Below, piece by piece: positions 8,585-19,205 of a DNA stretch of 64,000 nt. This stretch comes from Desulfonatronovibrionaceae bacterium (GTDB lineage Bacteria > Desulfobacterota > Desulfovibrionia > Desulfovibrionales > Desulfonatronovibrionaceae), in NCBI GenBank assembly GCA_046539845.1, contig JBKHGE010000007.1, positions 1 to 64,000 on the forward strand, read 5' to 3'. The first letter of the stretch is position 1, and every line of letters begins with the position of its first letter. Below the pieces are notes generated by a model. It saw nothing but the letters and a program-made list of their open reading frames with translations, searched no databases and had not been told where the DNA came from. Both the position numbers and the translations under genes were made by a program.

Positions 8585-10387
8585 TCAAGCGTGAACCACC
8601 CGGTTGCGGCCTTGATTTTTGGCCTGGTACAGGGCCTCGTCCGCCGCTTTTAGCAGGGCCTCGCCGTTTTTGCGCACTGCATCTAGTTCCGCAATTCCAA
8701 GGCTGATGGTTACGTTCAGCCTTTTATCCGCTTCTAGGGGCAGAAGGCTTTCCCCCACAGCTTTTCGCAGGCGTTCTGCCGCGGGCAAAGCGGCGTTCAG
8801 GCCGGTCTCCGGGAAGACCACGGCGAATTCTTCTCCGCCGATGCGGCCGAAGATATCTGCTTTTCTGAGTTCAGCCAATATAACTCCGGTTATGTCCCGC
8901 AATACCCTGTCCCCCATATCATGGCCGTAAGTGTCGTTTATTGATTTAAATCTGTCGATATCAAATATTATCAAGGATAGTGGTCGGGAATAGCGTAGGC
9001 TGCGGTCTATCTCCCCCTCGAACAGTTCCAGAAAGTATCCGCGGTTGTATATCCCGGTCAGGTTGTCCGTGGTGGCCAAGTGTTTCAGTCTTTGCCGTGA
9101 TTCCTTGGCCTCGGTTATGTCCTGGTTTATACCGATCATGCGCAGTGTCCGGCCGTTTTCCTCCCGATGCGTCCGGGCTGCGGCCTGTATATGACGGACT
9201 ATGCCTCCAGGAAGGAGTATGCGGAATTCCCAGTGCCAATCGGATGCCGCGTGCAGGGCCTTGTTTAGTTCCCGGGCCGCTTCCTCGATGTCTTCCGGAT
9301 GAACCCGGTTTTTCCAGGCCTCGTATAGGCCGCTGAATCTATCCGGGTCCACGGCGTATAGTTCATACATGCGTTTGTCCCACGTGAGTTCTCCAGTGTC
9401 TGCGTTCAGCTCCCAGATGCCGATCCCTCCGGCTTCCGAGGCCAAAGCCAGGCGCTCGGCCTGGGATCTTAGTTCCTGTTCAGCTGCCTTGCGTTTGGTT
9501 ATGTCCCGCAGACTTCCCACAGCAAAAAATTCGCCCTCGCTTTGAAAGGAGGCCACGGATCTCTCTACTGGAAAGATTTCCCCGTTTTTATCCACGGCCG
9601 TAAACTCCAGTATGGCATTCAGGACTGGGCCGGACCCGCTGTGGCCGAATTCCTTTAAACCCAACTGAGCCTGTTGGTGGTATTCTTCCGGGGCGATAAG
9701 GGGATGCAGCTTTTTCCCCAGGGCCTCTTCTCGGGACCATCCGAACATTTTTTCCGCGGCCGGACTCCAGTAAATGATGTGGTCCCGGCAATCGATCATG
9801 ATCAAAGCATCGTAAGAGGCCTCGGCCATGGCCCGCAGCATGGCTTCTTTTGAGGCCAAAGCCTCCTGAGTCCTTTTCAGTTCGCTAATATCCTGAATAG
9901 TCCCGAACAGCCCTTTGGCCTGCCCTTCTTTGTGGTAAAAGACCCGACCGATGGAGCTTACGTGTTTCACTTTACCGCTTTCAGAGATGATGCGGTGCTC
10001 CAGGCGGTATTCGTTTTTTTCCTCCAGAGCCTTGCGAATCGAAATCTGTAAAGCCTCTTTGTCCTCTGGATGCTGGTAGTCCAGGTATTCCGCATTGGAC
10101 GGCGCCCCCTTACCCGAATCCCTCTCATATATGCGATATACTTCATCCGACCAGGATATAATCCCGCTTTCCCAGTTCCAGAACCAGTAGCCCACCCTGG
10201 ACAGCCTTTGGGCTAGCTCCAGAAACTCGGTATTGGTGCGGGAAGATTCGTCTGCCCAGTGCTCCCCGGGTTGGCCAAAGGCGCTTTCCGGATCGAATAC
10301 CTTTTCAAGGGCTGAGATCCTTTCCCGAAGTTCTCGGTTTTCCGTCCGCAGCTTCTGTATTTTTTTATCCGGATTTGATTGTTCCAT
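8585..10387 (-). CDS. Multi-PAS diguanylate cyclase
   Basis: Three PAS/PAC repeats (HPED motifs), TDNLTGIYNR, GRIGGEEF. Confidence 0.9.
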   Translation of the reverse strand: MEQSNPDKKIQKLRTENRELRERISALEKVFDPESAFGQPGEHWADESSRTNTEFLELAQRLSRVGYWFWNWESGIISWSDEVYRIYERDSGKGAPSNAEYLDYQHPEDKEALQISIRKALEEKNEYRLEHRIISESGKVKHVSSIGRVFYHKEGQAKGLFGTIQDISELKRTQEALASKEAMLRAMAEASYDALIMIDCRDHIIYWSPAAEKMFGWSREEALGKKLHPLIAPEEYHQQAQLGLKEFGHSGSGPVLNAILEFTAVDKNGEIFPVERSVASFQSEGEFFAVGSLRDITKRKAAEQELRSQAERLALASEAGGIGIWELNADTGELTWDKRMYELYAVDPDRFSGLYEAWKNRVHPEDIEEAARELNKALHAASDWHWEFRILLPGGIVRHIQAAARTHREENGRTLRMIGINQDITEAKESRQRLKHLATTDNLTGIYNRGYFLELFEGEIDRSLRYSRPLSLIIFDIDRFKSINDTYGHDMGDRVLRDITGVILAELRKADIFGRIGGEEFAVVFPETGLNAALPAAERLRKAVGESLLPLEADKRLNVTISLGIAELDAVRKNGEALLKAADEALYQAKNQGRNRVVHA

Positions 10388-10578
10388 TTTATTAACAGCC
10401 TATCTCCCGAACTCCTGGCCGGGTTGTGACTTACGCGCAAAAAAATGAATCTACGATCTTTTATCTTACTGAGATTTCAGTGTCCAGGAGTGTTTATTCT
10501 TTACTGCTCTTTTGTTTTTCCATAATCTATAAATAGTTTAATCTGTATTTAATTATAGAGCAGAAGGAGGGAGAGACC

Positions 10579-11322
10579 ATGTTAAGCGAGTACCAGCTGC
10601 ATCTTTGCCGCTCGAGCAAATGGAATTTCTCCGGAATCAAGGCCTTATTTTTGAACTGTACTTTGAAAAAATCCCCGGAAATGTCTCATACCCAGGGGCT
10701 GGTGGATATGTCCGTAGCCATCATGCGCGAGCTCGGGGTGGAGGTGGAAGAGTTGCGTCCCGTGGATTATTTTTTGGCCGACGGGGTGTACCCGGACATG
10801 ACCGAAAAGGGATGGGACAGGGACGACTGGCCGGAAATATATGTCAAGGTCAAGGAAGCTGACGTGCTGATTTTGGGCACGCCTATCTGGCTGGGGGAGA
10901 AATCATCGGTATGTTCCAAGGTGATTGAGAGGCTGTATTCCACATCCGGGGACTTGAATGAATATGGTCAATATGCCTATTATAACCGGGTAGGTGGATG
11001 CCTGATCACCGGGAACGAAGATGGAGCCAAGCATTGCGCCATGAACATCCTGTATTCCCTGCAGCACCTGGGATACGTAATCCCCCCGCAGGCGGACGCC
11101 GCCTGGGTCGGGGAGGCTGGGCCCGGGCCATCTTATCTGGATCCGGGATCCGGCGGACCGGAGAACGATTTTACCAATCGGAACACCACGTTTATGACCT
11201 GGAATATTTTGCATCTGACTCGGATGATAAGGGAGTTCGGGGGCATTCCCGCCCACGGCAACCAGCGCTCCGAATGGGAGGCCGGATGCCGCAGGGACCA
11301 TCCCAATCCGGAATACAGATAA
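10579..11322 (+). CDS. Flavodoxin-family / NADPH-dependent FMN reductase-like protein
   Basis: NCTLKKSP, ADVLILGTPIWLGE, GNEDGAKH. Confidence 0.8.
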   Translation: MLSEYQLHLCRSSKWNFSGIKALFLNCTLKKSPEMSHTQGLVDMSVAIMRELGVEVEELRPVDYFLADGVYPDMTEKGWDRDDWPEIYVKVKEADVLILGTPIWLGEKSSVCSKVIERLYSTSGDLNEYGQYAYYNRVGGCLITGNEDGAKHCAMNILYSLQHLGYVIPPQADAAWVGEAGPGPSYLDPGSGGPENDFTNRNTTFMTWNILHLTRMIREFGGIPAHGNQRSEWEAGCRRDHPNPEYR

Positions 11323-11367
11323 GCTTTTTTGAACACCGGGTATGCCCGGAAACAGGGAGGATATGAA

Positions 11368-12294
11368 ATGAAAAGGATTATTTTTGTCCTGTTGGCTGGT
11401 GTTTTTTTGTGTTCAGGACTTTTGACATCTGTCGGTTATTGCGCCGGGGAAAAAGAGATCACTGTGGGCTCCAAGATAGATACTGAGGGTGCACTTCTGG
11501 GCCAGATGATGGTCTTGCTCCTGGAAAAAAACGGATACGAGGTGGAGGACAAGACTGAATTCGGCCCCACCCCGATTGTGCGCAAGGCCATAATCTCCGG
11601 GGAGATAGATATCTATCCGGAGTACACCGGGAACGGGGCCTTCTTTTTTGACCGCGAAGAATCTGAGCTCTGGAAGGATTTTGACCAGGGTTATGCCCGA
11701 GTCAAGGAGCTGGACCAAAAAGAAAACGGCCTGGTCTGGCTCACCCCGGCTCCGGCGGACAATACCTGGGCCTTGGCCGTGCGCGGGGAATTGGCGGAAA
11801 AAGAGGGGCTGGATACCCTCGAGGATTTGGCCGGATACGTAAATTCCGGTGGGGAGACCAAGCTGGCCGCCTGCGAAGAGTTTGTGACCCGCAAGGACGC
11901 TTTGCCCTCGTTTGAAAAGGCCTATGGCTTTAATATCCCGGATGAGGACATGGTTGTTTTTTCCGGGTGTAACACAGCACAGACGGAAAAGGCGGCCGCC
12001 CGGGGCACGAGCGGAGTGAACATAGCCATGGCCTTTGGCACGGACGGAGCGCTCTCCGCTTTGGGGCTCAAGCTCCTCCGGGACACCAAAGGAGTTCAGC
12101 CGGTATATGCCCCGGCCCCGGTGGTCCGGGAAGAAATTTGGGCCGAACACAAAGAGCTGGACGATCTTTTGGCCCCGGTATTCCGGTCCCTGGACCAAAA
12201 GGTCCTGCAGGAGCTAAATTCCCGCATTGCCATAGGCGGGGAGAACGCGGCCCGGGTGGCTGAACACTACCTGCGGCAGAAGGGATTTATTTAA
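11368..12294 (+). CDS. osmF: Osmoprotectant ABC transporter substrate-binding protein (OsmF/YehZ type)
   Basis: Signal peptide; GSKIDTEG, IDIYPEYTGNG, QPVYAPAPVVR. Confidence 0.85.
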   Translation: MKRIIFVLLAGVFLCSGLLTSVGYCAGEKEITVGSKIDTEGALLGQMMVLLLEKNGYEVEDKTEFGPTPIVRKAIISGEIDIYPEYTGNGAFFFDREESELWKDFDQGYARVKELDQKENGLVWLTPAPADNTWALAVRGELAEKEGLDTLEDLAGYVNSGGETKLAACEEFVTRKDALPSFEKAYGFNIPDEDMVVFSGCNTAQTEKAAARGTSGVNIAMAFGTDGALSALGLKLLRDTKGVQPVYAPAPVVREEIWAEHKELDDLLAPVFRSLDQKVLQELNSRIAIGGENAARVAEHYLRQKGFI

Positions 12295-12298
12295 GGTC

Positions 12299-13474
12299 AT
12301 GTTTAGACTGGGGCGGTCCGCGTCCAAGGTGGGGGTCTTGGGCGCGGTCATCGGGGTTTGCGGTTTGCTGGGGGGCGATTTTGTCCTCAACAGGCCGAAT
12401 CGTCTCGCTCCCGGCGAGCCCTTGTCATTATTCGAGGCCTTGAATTTGTGGCAGGCTGGTCTGTTTACGGTCGGTTTTGTGGTTTTGCTGCTCATATCCC
12501 TTTTCCCGGGCAGGCGAACCGCTGTGCCGGGCGCGGTCCTCCCGGTGCTTATGTTTCTGGGGCTTTTATGGGCCCAGGGGTATGCGGCTCTTGAGCTTTC
12601 CCGGGCCGGAGGCGGGTTTACTAGAGTCTCTGTGGGTTCCAGCCTGTGGATATCTGTGCTGGGGCTTTTTTTGGTGTACACGGACATGATCCCCCGGCCG
12701 GGCCGGACGGCACTACTCAAGTTCGGGCTCGCCCTGGCTCTTGCGGCCGGTCTCTTTGCCCTGATTAATTCTGGGGCCCTGGACCGGTTGTCTATTTTTC
12801 TGGAATTCACTGCCAAGCGTGCCCGATTTTTTTCCGAACTCAAGTCCCATCTGTTCATTACCGGACTCTCAGTGGGGTTGGCCTCTGCTGCTGGCGTTCC
12901 GCTGGGCGTGGCTCTTTTCCGGCACAGGCGGCTGCGCGGAGCAGTATTTTCGGTGTTAAACATCGTCCAGACCATCCCCAGTCTGGCCCTGTTCGGGCTT
13001 TTAATCGCTCCGCTGGCTTTTCTGTCCGTGCGTTTCCCGGTGTTAAAGGCTTTGAATATAAGCGGCATCGGATGGGCCCCGGCAGTGATCGCTTTGACTC
13101 TGTACTCCTTTTTGCCCATTGTCCGCAATACCTTTTCCGGATTCTCCACAGTGGACGCATCCGCACTCGAGGCGGGCCAAGGGATGGGTATGGGCCGGGC
13201 TCAGATATTTTTCCGGGTGGAGCTGCCCATTGCTGCTCCGGTCATCTTAAACGGCCTGCGCATCGCCGGAGTGCAGAATATCGGCAATACCGCGGTGGCC
13301 GCGCTTATAGGGGCCGGGGGATTCGGGGTGTTTATTTTCCAGGGTTTGGGCCAGGCCGCGACTGATCTGGTCTTTTTGGGTGCTCTGCCCACCATTTTTC
13401 TGGCCGTCTTGGTGGACCGTGTTTTTCAGACACTTATTCGAGTTTTGACTCCAGTGGGGCAGCAGTGTGATTAA
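12299..13474 (+). CDS. Osmoprotectant ABC transporter permease (YehY-like)
   Basis: QTIPSLALFG, EAGQGMGM EAA loop, IGAGGFG. Confidence 0.85.
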   Translation: MFRLGRSASKVGVLGAVIGVCGLLGGDFVLNRPNRLAPGEPLSLFEALNLWQAGLFTVGFVVLLLISLFPGRRTAVPGAVLPVLMFLGLLWAQGYAALELSRAGGGFTRVSVGSSLWISVLGLFLVYTDMIPRPGRTALLKFGLALALAAGLFALINSGALDRLSIFLEFTAKRARFFSELKSHLFITGLSVGLASAAGVPLGVALFRHRRLRGAVFSVLNIVQTIPSLALFGLLIAPLAFLSVRFPVLKALNISGIGWAPAVIALTLYSFLPIVRNTFSGFSTVDASALEAGQGMGMGRAQIFFRVELPIAAPVILNGLRIAGVQNIGNTAVAALIGAGGFGVFIFQGLGQAATDLVFLGALPTIFLAVLVDRVFQTLIRVLTPVGQQCD

Positions 13475-14567
13475 TCTTGAGAACGTGAGTAAGGTTTACG
13501 GGGATTTTTACGCGGTCCGCGATCTTAGCCTGACCGTGGAAAAGGGTGAGTTCTGCTGTCTTATCGGACCTTCCGGGTGCGGCAAGAGCACCACTTTGAA
13601 AATGATAAATCGTATGGTCGAGCCCAGCCGGGGCCGGGTGATGGTCAACGGAACCGATGTTCGGGAGTTGGCTCCGGAGAAGCTCAGACGCGGTATGGGC
13701 TATGTTATCCAGAGCGTCGGGCTGTTCCCGCATATGGATGTTTTGGAAAATATCCTGGTCGTTCCCCGTCTTCTGCATTGGAGCAGGCAGAAATCCAAAG
13801 ACAGGGCCCGGGAACTTTTGGAGCTTTTGGAGCTTCCCGCGGCGGAATACGCACACAAAAGGCCGGGGGAGCTCTCCGGGGGCGAGGCCCAGAGGGTGGG
13901 CGTGGCCCGGGCCCTGGCCGCGGATCCGGAGATACTGCTCATGGACGAGCCTTTCGGGGCCTTGGATCCCATTAGCCGAGAGAATCTGCAGAACCGGTTT
14001 TTGCGTATCCAAAAAGAGCTCCGAAAGACCATTGTCTTTGTCACTCACGATATTGACGAAGCGGTCCGGCTGGGCTCGAAAGTGGCCATCCTGCGGGATG
14101 GCAGCCTGGTTCAGCATGCCTCTCCGGAGACGGTACTCTCTGCTCCGGCGGATGTATTTGTCAAGAAATTCGTGGGCTTGGATCGGGCGCTGAAAAGGCT
14201 GTCCCGGCTCACGGCCGGAGACTTTGCCGCCTCCGCTCCCAGTGTGGACCGGCGGGCCACCGGTGATGTCCTGGAGGCTGAATTCAGGCGCATGGAAGAT
14301 ATGGACTGCGCCAGATATCTATGGGTCACGAACGGGCAGGGCAGGGTCCTGGGCTGGATAGATGGGCAGCAGATGACCGGCGAGGGTCCGGATATGGAGC
14401 GGGATCTCGTGCCCGTGGATGTCTCGGAGATGTCGGTTCGGGCCGATTACAGTCTAAAACAGGTTTTGTCCATGTTTGTCCAGCAGGGGGTGGTTTGTCT
14501 GCCGCTTGTGGATCGGGAACATAGGCTTGCCGGGGAGATACGGCTAAATGATGTCCTGCAGTCTTGA
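13467..14567 (+). CDS. Osmoprotectant ABC transporter ATPase with CBS domains (YehX-like)
   Basis: GPSGCGKS, LSGGEAQR, LMDEPFGALD. Confidence 0.9.
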   Translation: MINLENVSKVYGDFYAVRDLSLTVEKGEFCCLIGPSGCGKSTTLKMINRMVEPSRGRVMVNGTDVRELAPEKLRRGMGYVIQSVGLFPHMDVLENILVVPRLLHWSRQKSKDRARELLELLELPAAEYAHKRPGELSGGEAQRVGVARALAADPEILLMDEPFGALDPISRENLQNRFLRIQKELRKTIVFVTHDIDEAVRLGSKVAILRDGSLVQHASPETVLSAPADVFVKKFVGLDRALKRLSRLTAGDFAASAPSVDRRATGDVLEAEFRRMEDMDCARYLWVTNGQGRVLGWIDGQQMTGEGPDMERDLVPVDVSEMSVRADYSLKQVLSMFVQQGVVCLPLVDREHRLAGEIRLNDVLQS

Positions 14568-14705
14568 AAAGGGGTCCGGGCCGCTTTTGCCCGGCGTCGC
14601 TTTTAAGGATTTATTCTTAAAAAAGTGGTTGGGGGATAAGGGATCCTTCAATATTCGGACAAAACCAAAAAACAGTAAATGATCCGGAAAATCAAGGTTT
14701 AGCCG

Positions 14706-15449
14706 ATGCATGAAAAGACCAGGGACATTATCTACTTTGCCCTTCCGCTGGCCGGACTGGTGATCCTGGCCTCCTGGAGCGGGGTGTGGGAAAAGAGTCT
14801 TGCCCCTCTTTATCCGGATTTAAGGGATTACCTCTACCCCCGGACCGGGTTGTGGACCCTGATTGCCGAGCATTTGTTCCTGGTGGCTGTGTCCAGTTCT
14901 TTGTCCGTGTGCATTGGTGTGGGGCTGGGCGTTCTGGTGACCCGGACCCAGGGGAGAGATTTCCTGCCCGCGGTCAACAGCTTGGTTTCTATGGGGCAGA
15001 CTTTTCCCCCGGTAGCGGTTTTGGCCTTGGCAGTCCCGGCAGTGGGGTTCGGGGCCGAGCCGACCATTATCGCCCTTTTTTTGTACGGGCTTTTGCCCAT
15101 AGTCCGCAATACCATAAGCGGGCTGGATGCAGTGCCGGCCGAGGTCCGGGAGGCGGCCCGGGGCATGGGCATGACCGAGCTGCAGGCCCTTTTCAAAGCC
15201 GAGCTGCCGCTGGCTTTGTCCGTGATCATGGCCGGGATAAAGATCTCTGTGGTTATTAATATTGGCACGGCCACCATTGGAGCGACCATCGGTGCCGGAG
15301 GCCTGGGTGCACCCATAATCAGCGGATTGGCCTCGGACAATCCGTCCTTTATCCTGCAGGGTTCTGTGCTGGCCGCCTTGTTTGCGATTGTTGCCGATTC
15401 TTTGCTTGGGTTTGCGGAAAGGGGGGCAAGCCGGATTTTTTGGACCTGA
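14706..15449 (+). CDS. Osmoprotectant ABC transporter permease (YehW-like)
   Basis: QTFPPVAVLAL, EAARGMGM. Confidence 0.85.
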   Translation: MHEKTRDIIYFALPLAGLVILASWSGVWEKSLAPLYPDLRDYLYPRTGLWTLIAEHLFLVAVSSSLSVCIGVGLGVLVTRTQGRDFLPAVNSLVSMGQTFPPVAVLALAVPAVGFGAEPTIIALFLYGLLPIVRNTISGLDAVPAEVREAARGMGMTELQALFKAELPLALSVIMAGIKISVVINIGTATIGATIGAGGLGAPIISGLASDNPSFILQGSVLAALFAIVADSLLGFAERGASRIFWT

Positions 15450-15653
15450 GATGACGGTGGCCCACTTTCGGTGACAGGGCTTTTGGGATCAGGGACAAGT
15501 GAGCTTTGTCCTTGGACTTGGGGCAATTTTGTTGACGAATAGCCTTAAGAGGGCAAAAGGCTGCCCCTGGACCGGGATCGGCATTTGGAATATACGTTTA
15601 ACCAGCAGGTGTTGCAAAATATCTAAATTAATCTAGGCAGCTATGAGGTCAGG

Positions 15654-16004
15654 ATGGGTTGGAGTGAATTTGAAGTCTTTAGATATGAGAAACTGATGCA
15701 GGAATTCTGCGCTGGGCACGGTCCTCCGCCGGAACTCGGGGACAAGGTCTGGGGATACAGAATAGATCCGGACAGACAGAGTGTGCAGCTCTTTGAGGTC
15801 CGGCCTGTTCTTGGTGATCCCAAGCACAAGATAGAAAGCCCCATAGCCAAGGCGGTTTATGTAAAATCCAGGGAAATATGGAAGATATACTGGATGAAGA
15901 GGGACAAAAAATGGCACATCTACGAGCCGGAACCGCATGCCGATAGCCTGGGGGATGTTTTGGAGATTATTGCCGGAGATAAGCACTGCTATTTTTGCGG
16001 TTAA
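15654..16004 (+). CDS. DUF3024-like protein
   Basis: IAKA.YVKS..IWKIYWMKRD.KWH.YEP...C.F.G pattern. Confidence 0.7.
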   Translation: MGWSEFEVFRYEKLMQEFCAGHGPPPELGDKVWGYRIDPDRQSVQLFEVRPVLGDPKHKIESPIAKAVYVKSREIWKIYWMKRDKKWHIYEPEPHADSLGDVLEIIAGDKHCYFCG

Positions 16005-16197
16005 AGGCTTGTGCTCGGTACCCTTGTCTGGGTTTAGGAGATCTTTGGTCCAGTAAATAGATTTGAGCCTGTTGGATATTTTGTATTCTGGGCTGCGGAT
16101 TACTTTTTGACCAGCAAATATGCGGCTTAAAAGTTGGGTATCGAATAAAAGTGACGCCGGAACAGCCCCGGCAACGGTGGAAAAAGGAGTTTATATA

Positions 16198-16875
16198 TTG
16201 TCCCGGAAGGATTTGGCCCTGGTCCTGATTGATATCCAGAATGAAAGCCGGTTTGGAATCCAGGGGCTGGAAGAAGTTGTGCATAATTCGAAACAGCTTC
16301 TAAACGCCTGCCGCGAGGCCGGGATCCCGGTGGTATATACCCGGCAGATAAACCGGGCGGACGGGGTCGGGCTTTCCCTTGGCGAGGAACTTTCTGCGGA
16401 CGGTCGCCCGGTTTTTTACTGCAGTGATACTGATGCGGTGGACATAATCGCGGATATCGCCCCGCTTGAAAACGAGCTGGTGGTGGACAAATACCGCTGG
16501 AGTTCCTTTTGCGCCACCAGCCTGGATATTTTCCTTAAGGGCCTGGGGGCGCGGGAGCTTATACTCGGGGGCCTGGTCACGGACGGCTGCCTCATGACCT
16601 CCGCGTTTGACGCCTATTTCCGGGACTATCGACTGCATCTGGTCCGGGACATCTGCGCCACTACCTGCGAGGGCGGGCATATGGCCTCGATAATGATTAT
16701 GGCCAACTGGATTTACGGGCTTAAGGTCTACAAGACCTCGGAGATGATAAAATTTATTCACGGAGAATCGCATTACGTCTGGGAAAGCAAATCCACAGCC
16801 CCTTTTGACTTTACCCCGGAAAACATGCGCGAGCAGTACGCCCGGCTGGACAGCGAGGCAGTTTTGTTCACCTGA
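16198..16875 (+). CDS. Cysteine hydrolase (isochorismatase family)
   Basis: ALVLIDIQN, DKYRWSSF, GLVTDGCL triad motifs; TTG start after AAGGAG. Confidence 0.85.
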   Translation: MSRKDLALVLIDIQNESRFGIQGLEEVVHNSKQLLNACREAGIPVVYTRQINRADGVGLSLGEELSADGRPVFYCSDTDAVDIIADIAPLENELVVDKYRWSSFCATSLDIFLKGLGARELILGGLVTDGCLMTSAFDAYFRDYRLHLVRDICATTCEGGHMASIMIMANWIYGLKVYKTSEMIKFIHGESHYVWESKSTAPFDFTPENMREQYARLDSEAVLFT

Positions 16876-16905
16876 TTCCGACCGGATCCTGGGACCCGTG
16901 CGGAC

Positions 16906-17418
16906 TTATCTCCTGATACCCCCGGAGTGGCGTATTTCTTTTATCGCCCGCAGGGATACCCGCGGATGGGAACCGGCAATTCTTTTCGGAGTCGCTAATT
17001 GTCCTGAATATAGGTAGGCAGGCTGGGAGTCGTAGGGTTTGAGGGACGGGGGCGGGACCAAAACACGTAGCCTGGCCTTGGTTTGTACTGCGTCCAGCTG
17101 GCGGTGCAGGGCGTCTATAATTTCCTTCAGCCCGGCCTCGTCCTGGATTGGCTTCCACCAGTTCAAGCCCTGCTTGAGTTCCCAGATGATCCGTGTATCC
17201 TTGGGAATAAAGATAATAGCCGCCGGAGTGGAGTCCTTGCCTGAATAGTAGATGTTATATTCGACCGCCTTTTCCAGTATGTCTTCTATACCCAGGTCCT
17301 GCCCGATTTTTGACGGCAGAATCGCCTTGCCCCGGTCCTGGCCGGAGGCCACTCGGCGCAGGATAAGGATTAAAAGCAGGAGCCCGGCCCCGATCGTTGC
17401 TATTTGCCAAAGTTCCAT
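16906..17418 (-). CDS. Hypothetical membrane-anchored protein
   Basis: N-terminal hydrophobic helix; GGAG RBS; fills the gap between recognised genes. Confidence 0.55.
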   Translation of the reverse strand: MELWQIATIGAGLLLLILILRRVASGQDRGKAILPSKIGQDLGIEDILEKAVEYNIYYSGKDSTPAAIIFIPKDTRIIWELKQGLNWWKPIQDEAGLKEIIDALHRQLDAVQTKARLRVLVPPPSLKPYDSQPAYLYSGQLATPKRIAGSHPRVSLRAIKEIRHSGGIRR

Positions 17419-17690
17419 TGTCTTCTCCGCATATTGCTCCGGAGCGGGGAGTCTTTTAGAGACTTAACAGGCGTGTTTTTTTGAATTGTCGCGGGTATTC
17501 TTTGGACAGTGACGCGGGGTTAATACCCGTTAATATCCCAGAATAGTTTGTATTCTATATTGCCTGCCCTTGACTTTTGTCCAATTACGTGTCCTTTTAT
17601 TAAGGTAGCCCGGAGCGAAAAGTCAATCCGAATAATTAAATCCAACGCTTACCGGGGAGGTAACATTGCCCCCTACGAACCTGTCCTTAA

Positions 17691-19040
17691 ATGAATAAGC
17701 CTGCCAAAAACCGGGAATTACTGAATTGCCTGCGGCAAGCGTTCGGATTGTCCGCTTGTGCACTAAAGCGGATAAAGGCTGATTTTTGTCTGGAGATGGA
17801 AAGGGGACTCACCGCAAGGACCTCTACGCTCAAGATGCTCCCTTCCTTCCTTGGCCGACCGAGTGGAAGGGAGACAGGGACTTTTTGGGCACTTGATCTG
17901 GGCGGGACCAATTTCCGGGTGTATGAAGTGGAGCTTAAGGGACAAAGGACCCTTTCCCTGAACGCATGCACGCAATTCGCTATCCCCGCGGAATGTATAC
18001 ACGGCACCGGCGAGATGCTGTTCAATTTCATCGCTTCCGAACTCGAATCCTTTTTGCGGCAAAGAGATATTATCTCTGAAGTCGATCTGGGATTTGTCTT
18101 TTCTTTTCCCGTGCAGCAAAGCGGCCCGGTAAAAGGTGTGCTTGTGGAGTGGACAAAGGATTTTACCGCCTCCGGAGTGGTGGGCAATGATGTGGTCGGG
18201 CTTTTGAAGGCCGCTTTCTTAAAAAAAAATATGCCCAAGATAAATGTCCTGGCCCTGGTCAATGATACCGTGGCCACGCTTCTGGGCGAGGCATACACCG
18301 ATGCAGATGCGGATGCCGGGTTGATTCTGGGGACTGGCACCAATGCCTGTTATGCGGAGCAAATAGGGAGTGTACAAGAAGTCCCCGCTCTTTGGCCTCG
18401 GGGCCAAGAGATGATTATAAATACTGAATGGGGCGGTTTCGGCTGCCTTGAGCAAAACGAATACGATGTCACTCTGGATCAAAGGACCAGCAGGCCGCAA
18501 ACCCAGATATTGGAGAAGATGGTCTCCGGATTGTATCTCAGCCGGTTAATAAAACTGGTTCTAAACGATTGTGTAAAAAAGGGACTGATTCTGGACGGCA
18601 GAGACAAGAATGCTTTTTTGCAAATGGATTTTGATGCCGGGCTTGTTTCCGGGATCGAGGGAGACACGAGCAAGAATCTGGCGGGGGTAAACGACCTGCT
18701 CCGGGAAAAGGATATTACCACTCCTTCTTTGGAAGACAGAGAAACAATCAAGGAAGTCTGTCGCATTGTTTCCAACAGGGCGGCCAGGATCAGTTCGGCC
18801 GGTATCGGGGCGATTTTAACCCGTATGGACCCGGAAATAAACAGAAATCATACAGTCGCGGTTGACGGGGCTCTTTTTCGCAGGCATCCATTTTTTAAGC
18901 CCCGGATGGAAAAGGCGCTGCATGAGCTTTTGGGGCCCAGGGCCGGAAATATCCGGCTGAATGACGTCCAAAACGGGTCCGGAATAGGCGGGGCGGTTGC
19001 CGCAGCCGTGGCCGGAGGCGGGGTTAATTGTCCAGCTTGA
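17691..19040 (+). CDS. Hexokinase (eukaryote-type Hexokinase_1/_2 family)
   Basis: LKMLPSF, ALDLGGTNFRV, LGFVFSFP, WTKDF, LVNDTVATL, ILGTGTNACY, INTEWG, EKMVSGLYL, VAVDG, GSGIGGA. Confidence 0.92.
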   Translation: MNKPAKNRELLNCLRQAFGLSACALKRIKADFCLEMERGLTARTSTLKMLPSFLGRPSGRETGTFWALDLGGTNFRVYEVELKGQRTLSLNACTQFAIPAECIHGTGEMLFNFIASELESFLRQRDIISEVDLGFVFSFPVQQSGPVKGVLVEWTKDFTASGVVGNDVVGLLKAAFLKKNMPKINVLALVNDTVATLLGEAYTDADADAGLILGTGTNACYAEQIGSVQEVPALWPRGQEMIINTEWGGFGCLEQNEYDVTLDQRTSRPQTQILEKMVSGLYLSRLIKLVLNDCVKKGLILDGRDKNAFLQMDFDAGLVSGIEGDTSKNLAGVNDLLREKDITTPSLEDRETIKEVCRIVSNRAARISSAGIGAILTRMDPEINRNHTVAVDGALFRRHPFFKPRMEKALHELLGPRAGNIRLNDVQNGSGIGGAVAAAVAGGGVNCPA

Positions 19041-19205
19041 TCTCTCCGGAATACGTCCGCCTGACCGTGTTTAAAGCCTCTGATAGCAATAAAGCGCTAA
19101 TAAGTCCAAACTGTTAGATAGGTGTGTTCCAGGGATTTTTTAGCTGTCCTGCATTACAAGGAATTCTTCAATACCCACCCAGGCTGTCCCGGTTTTGTTT
19201 CCCGC

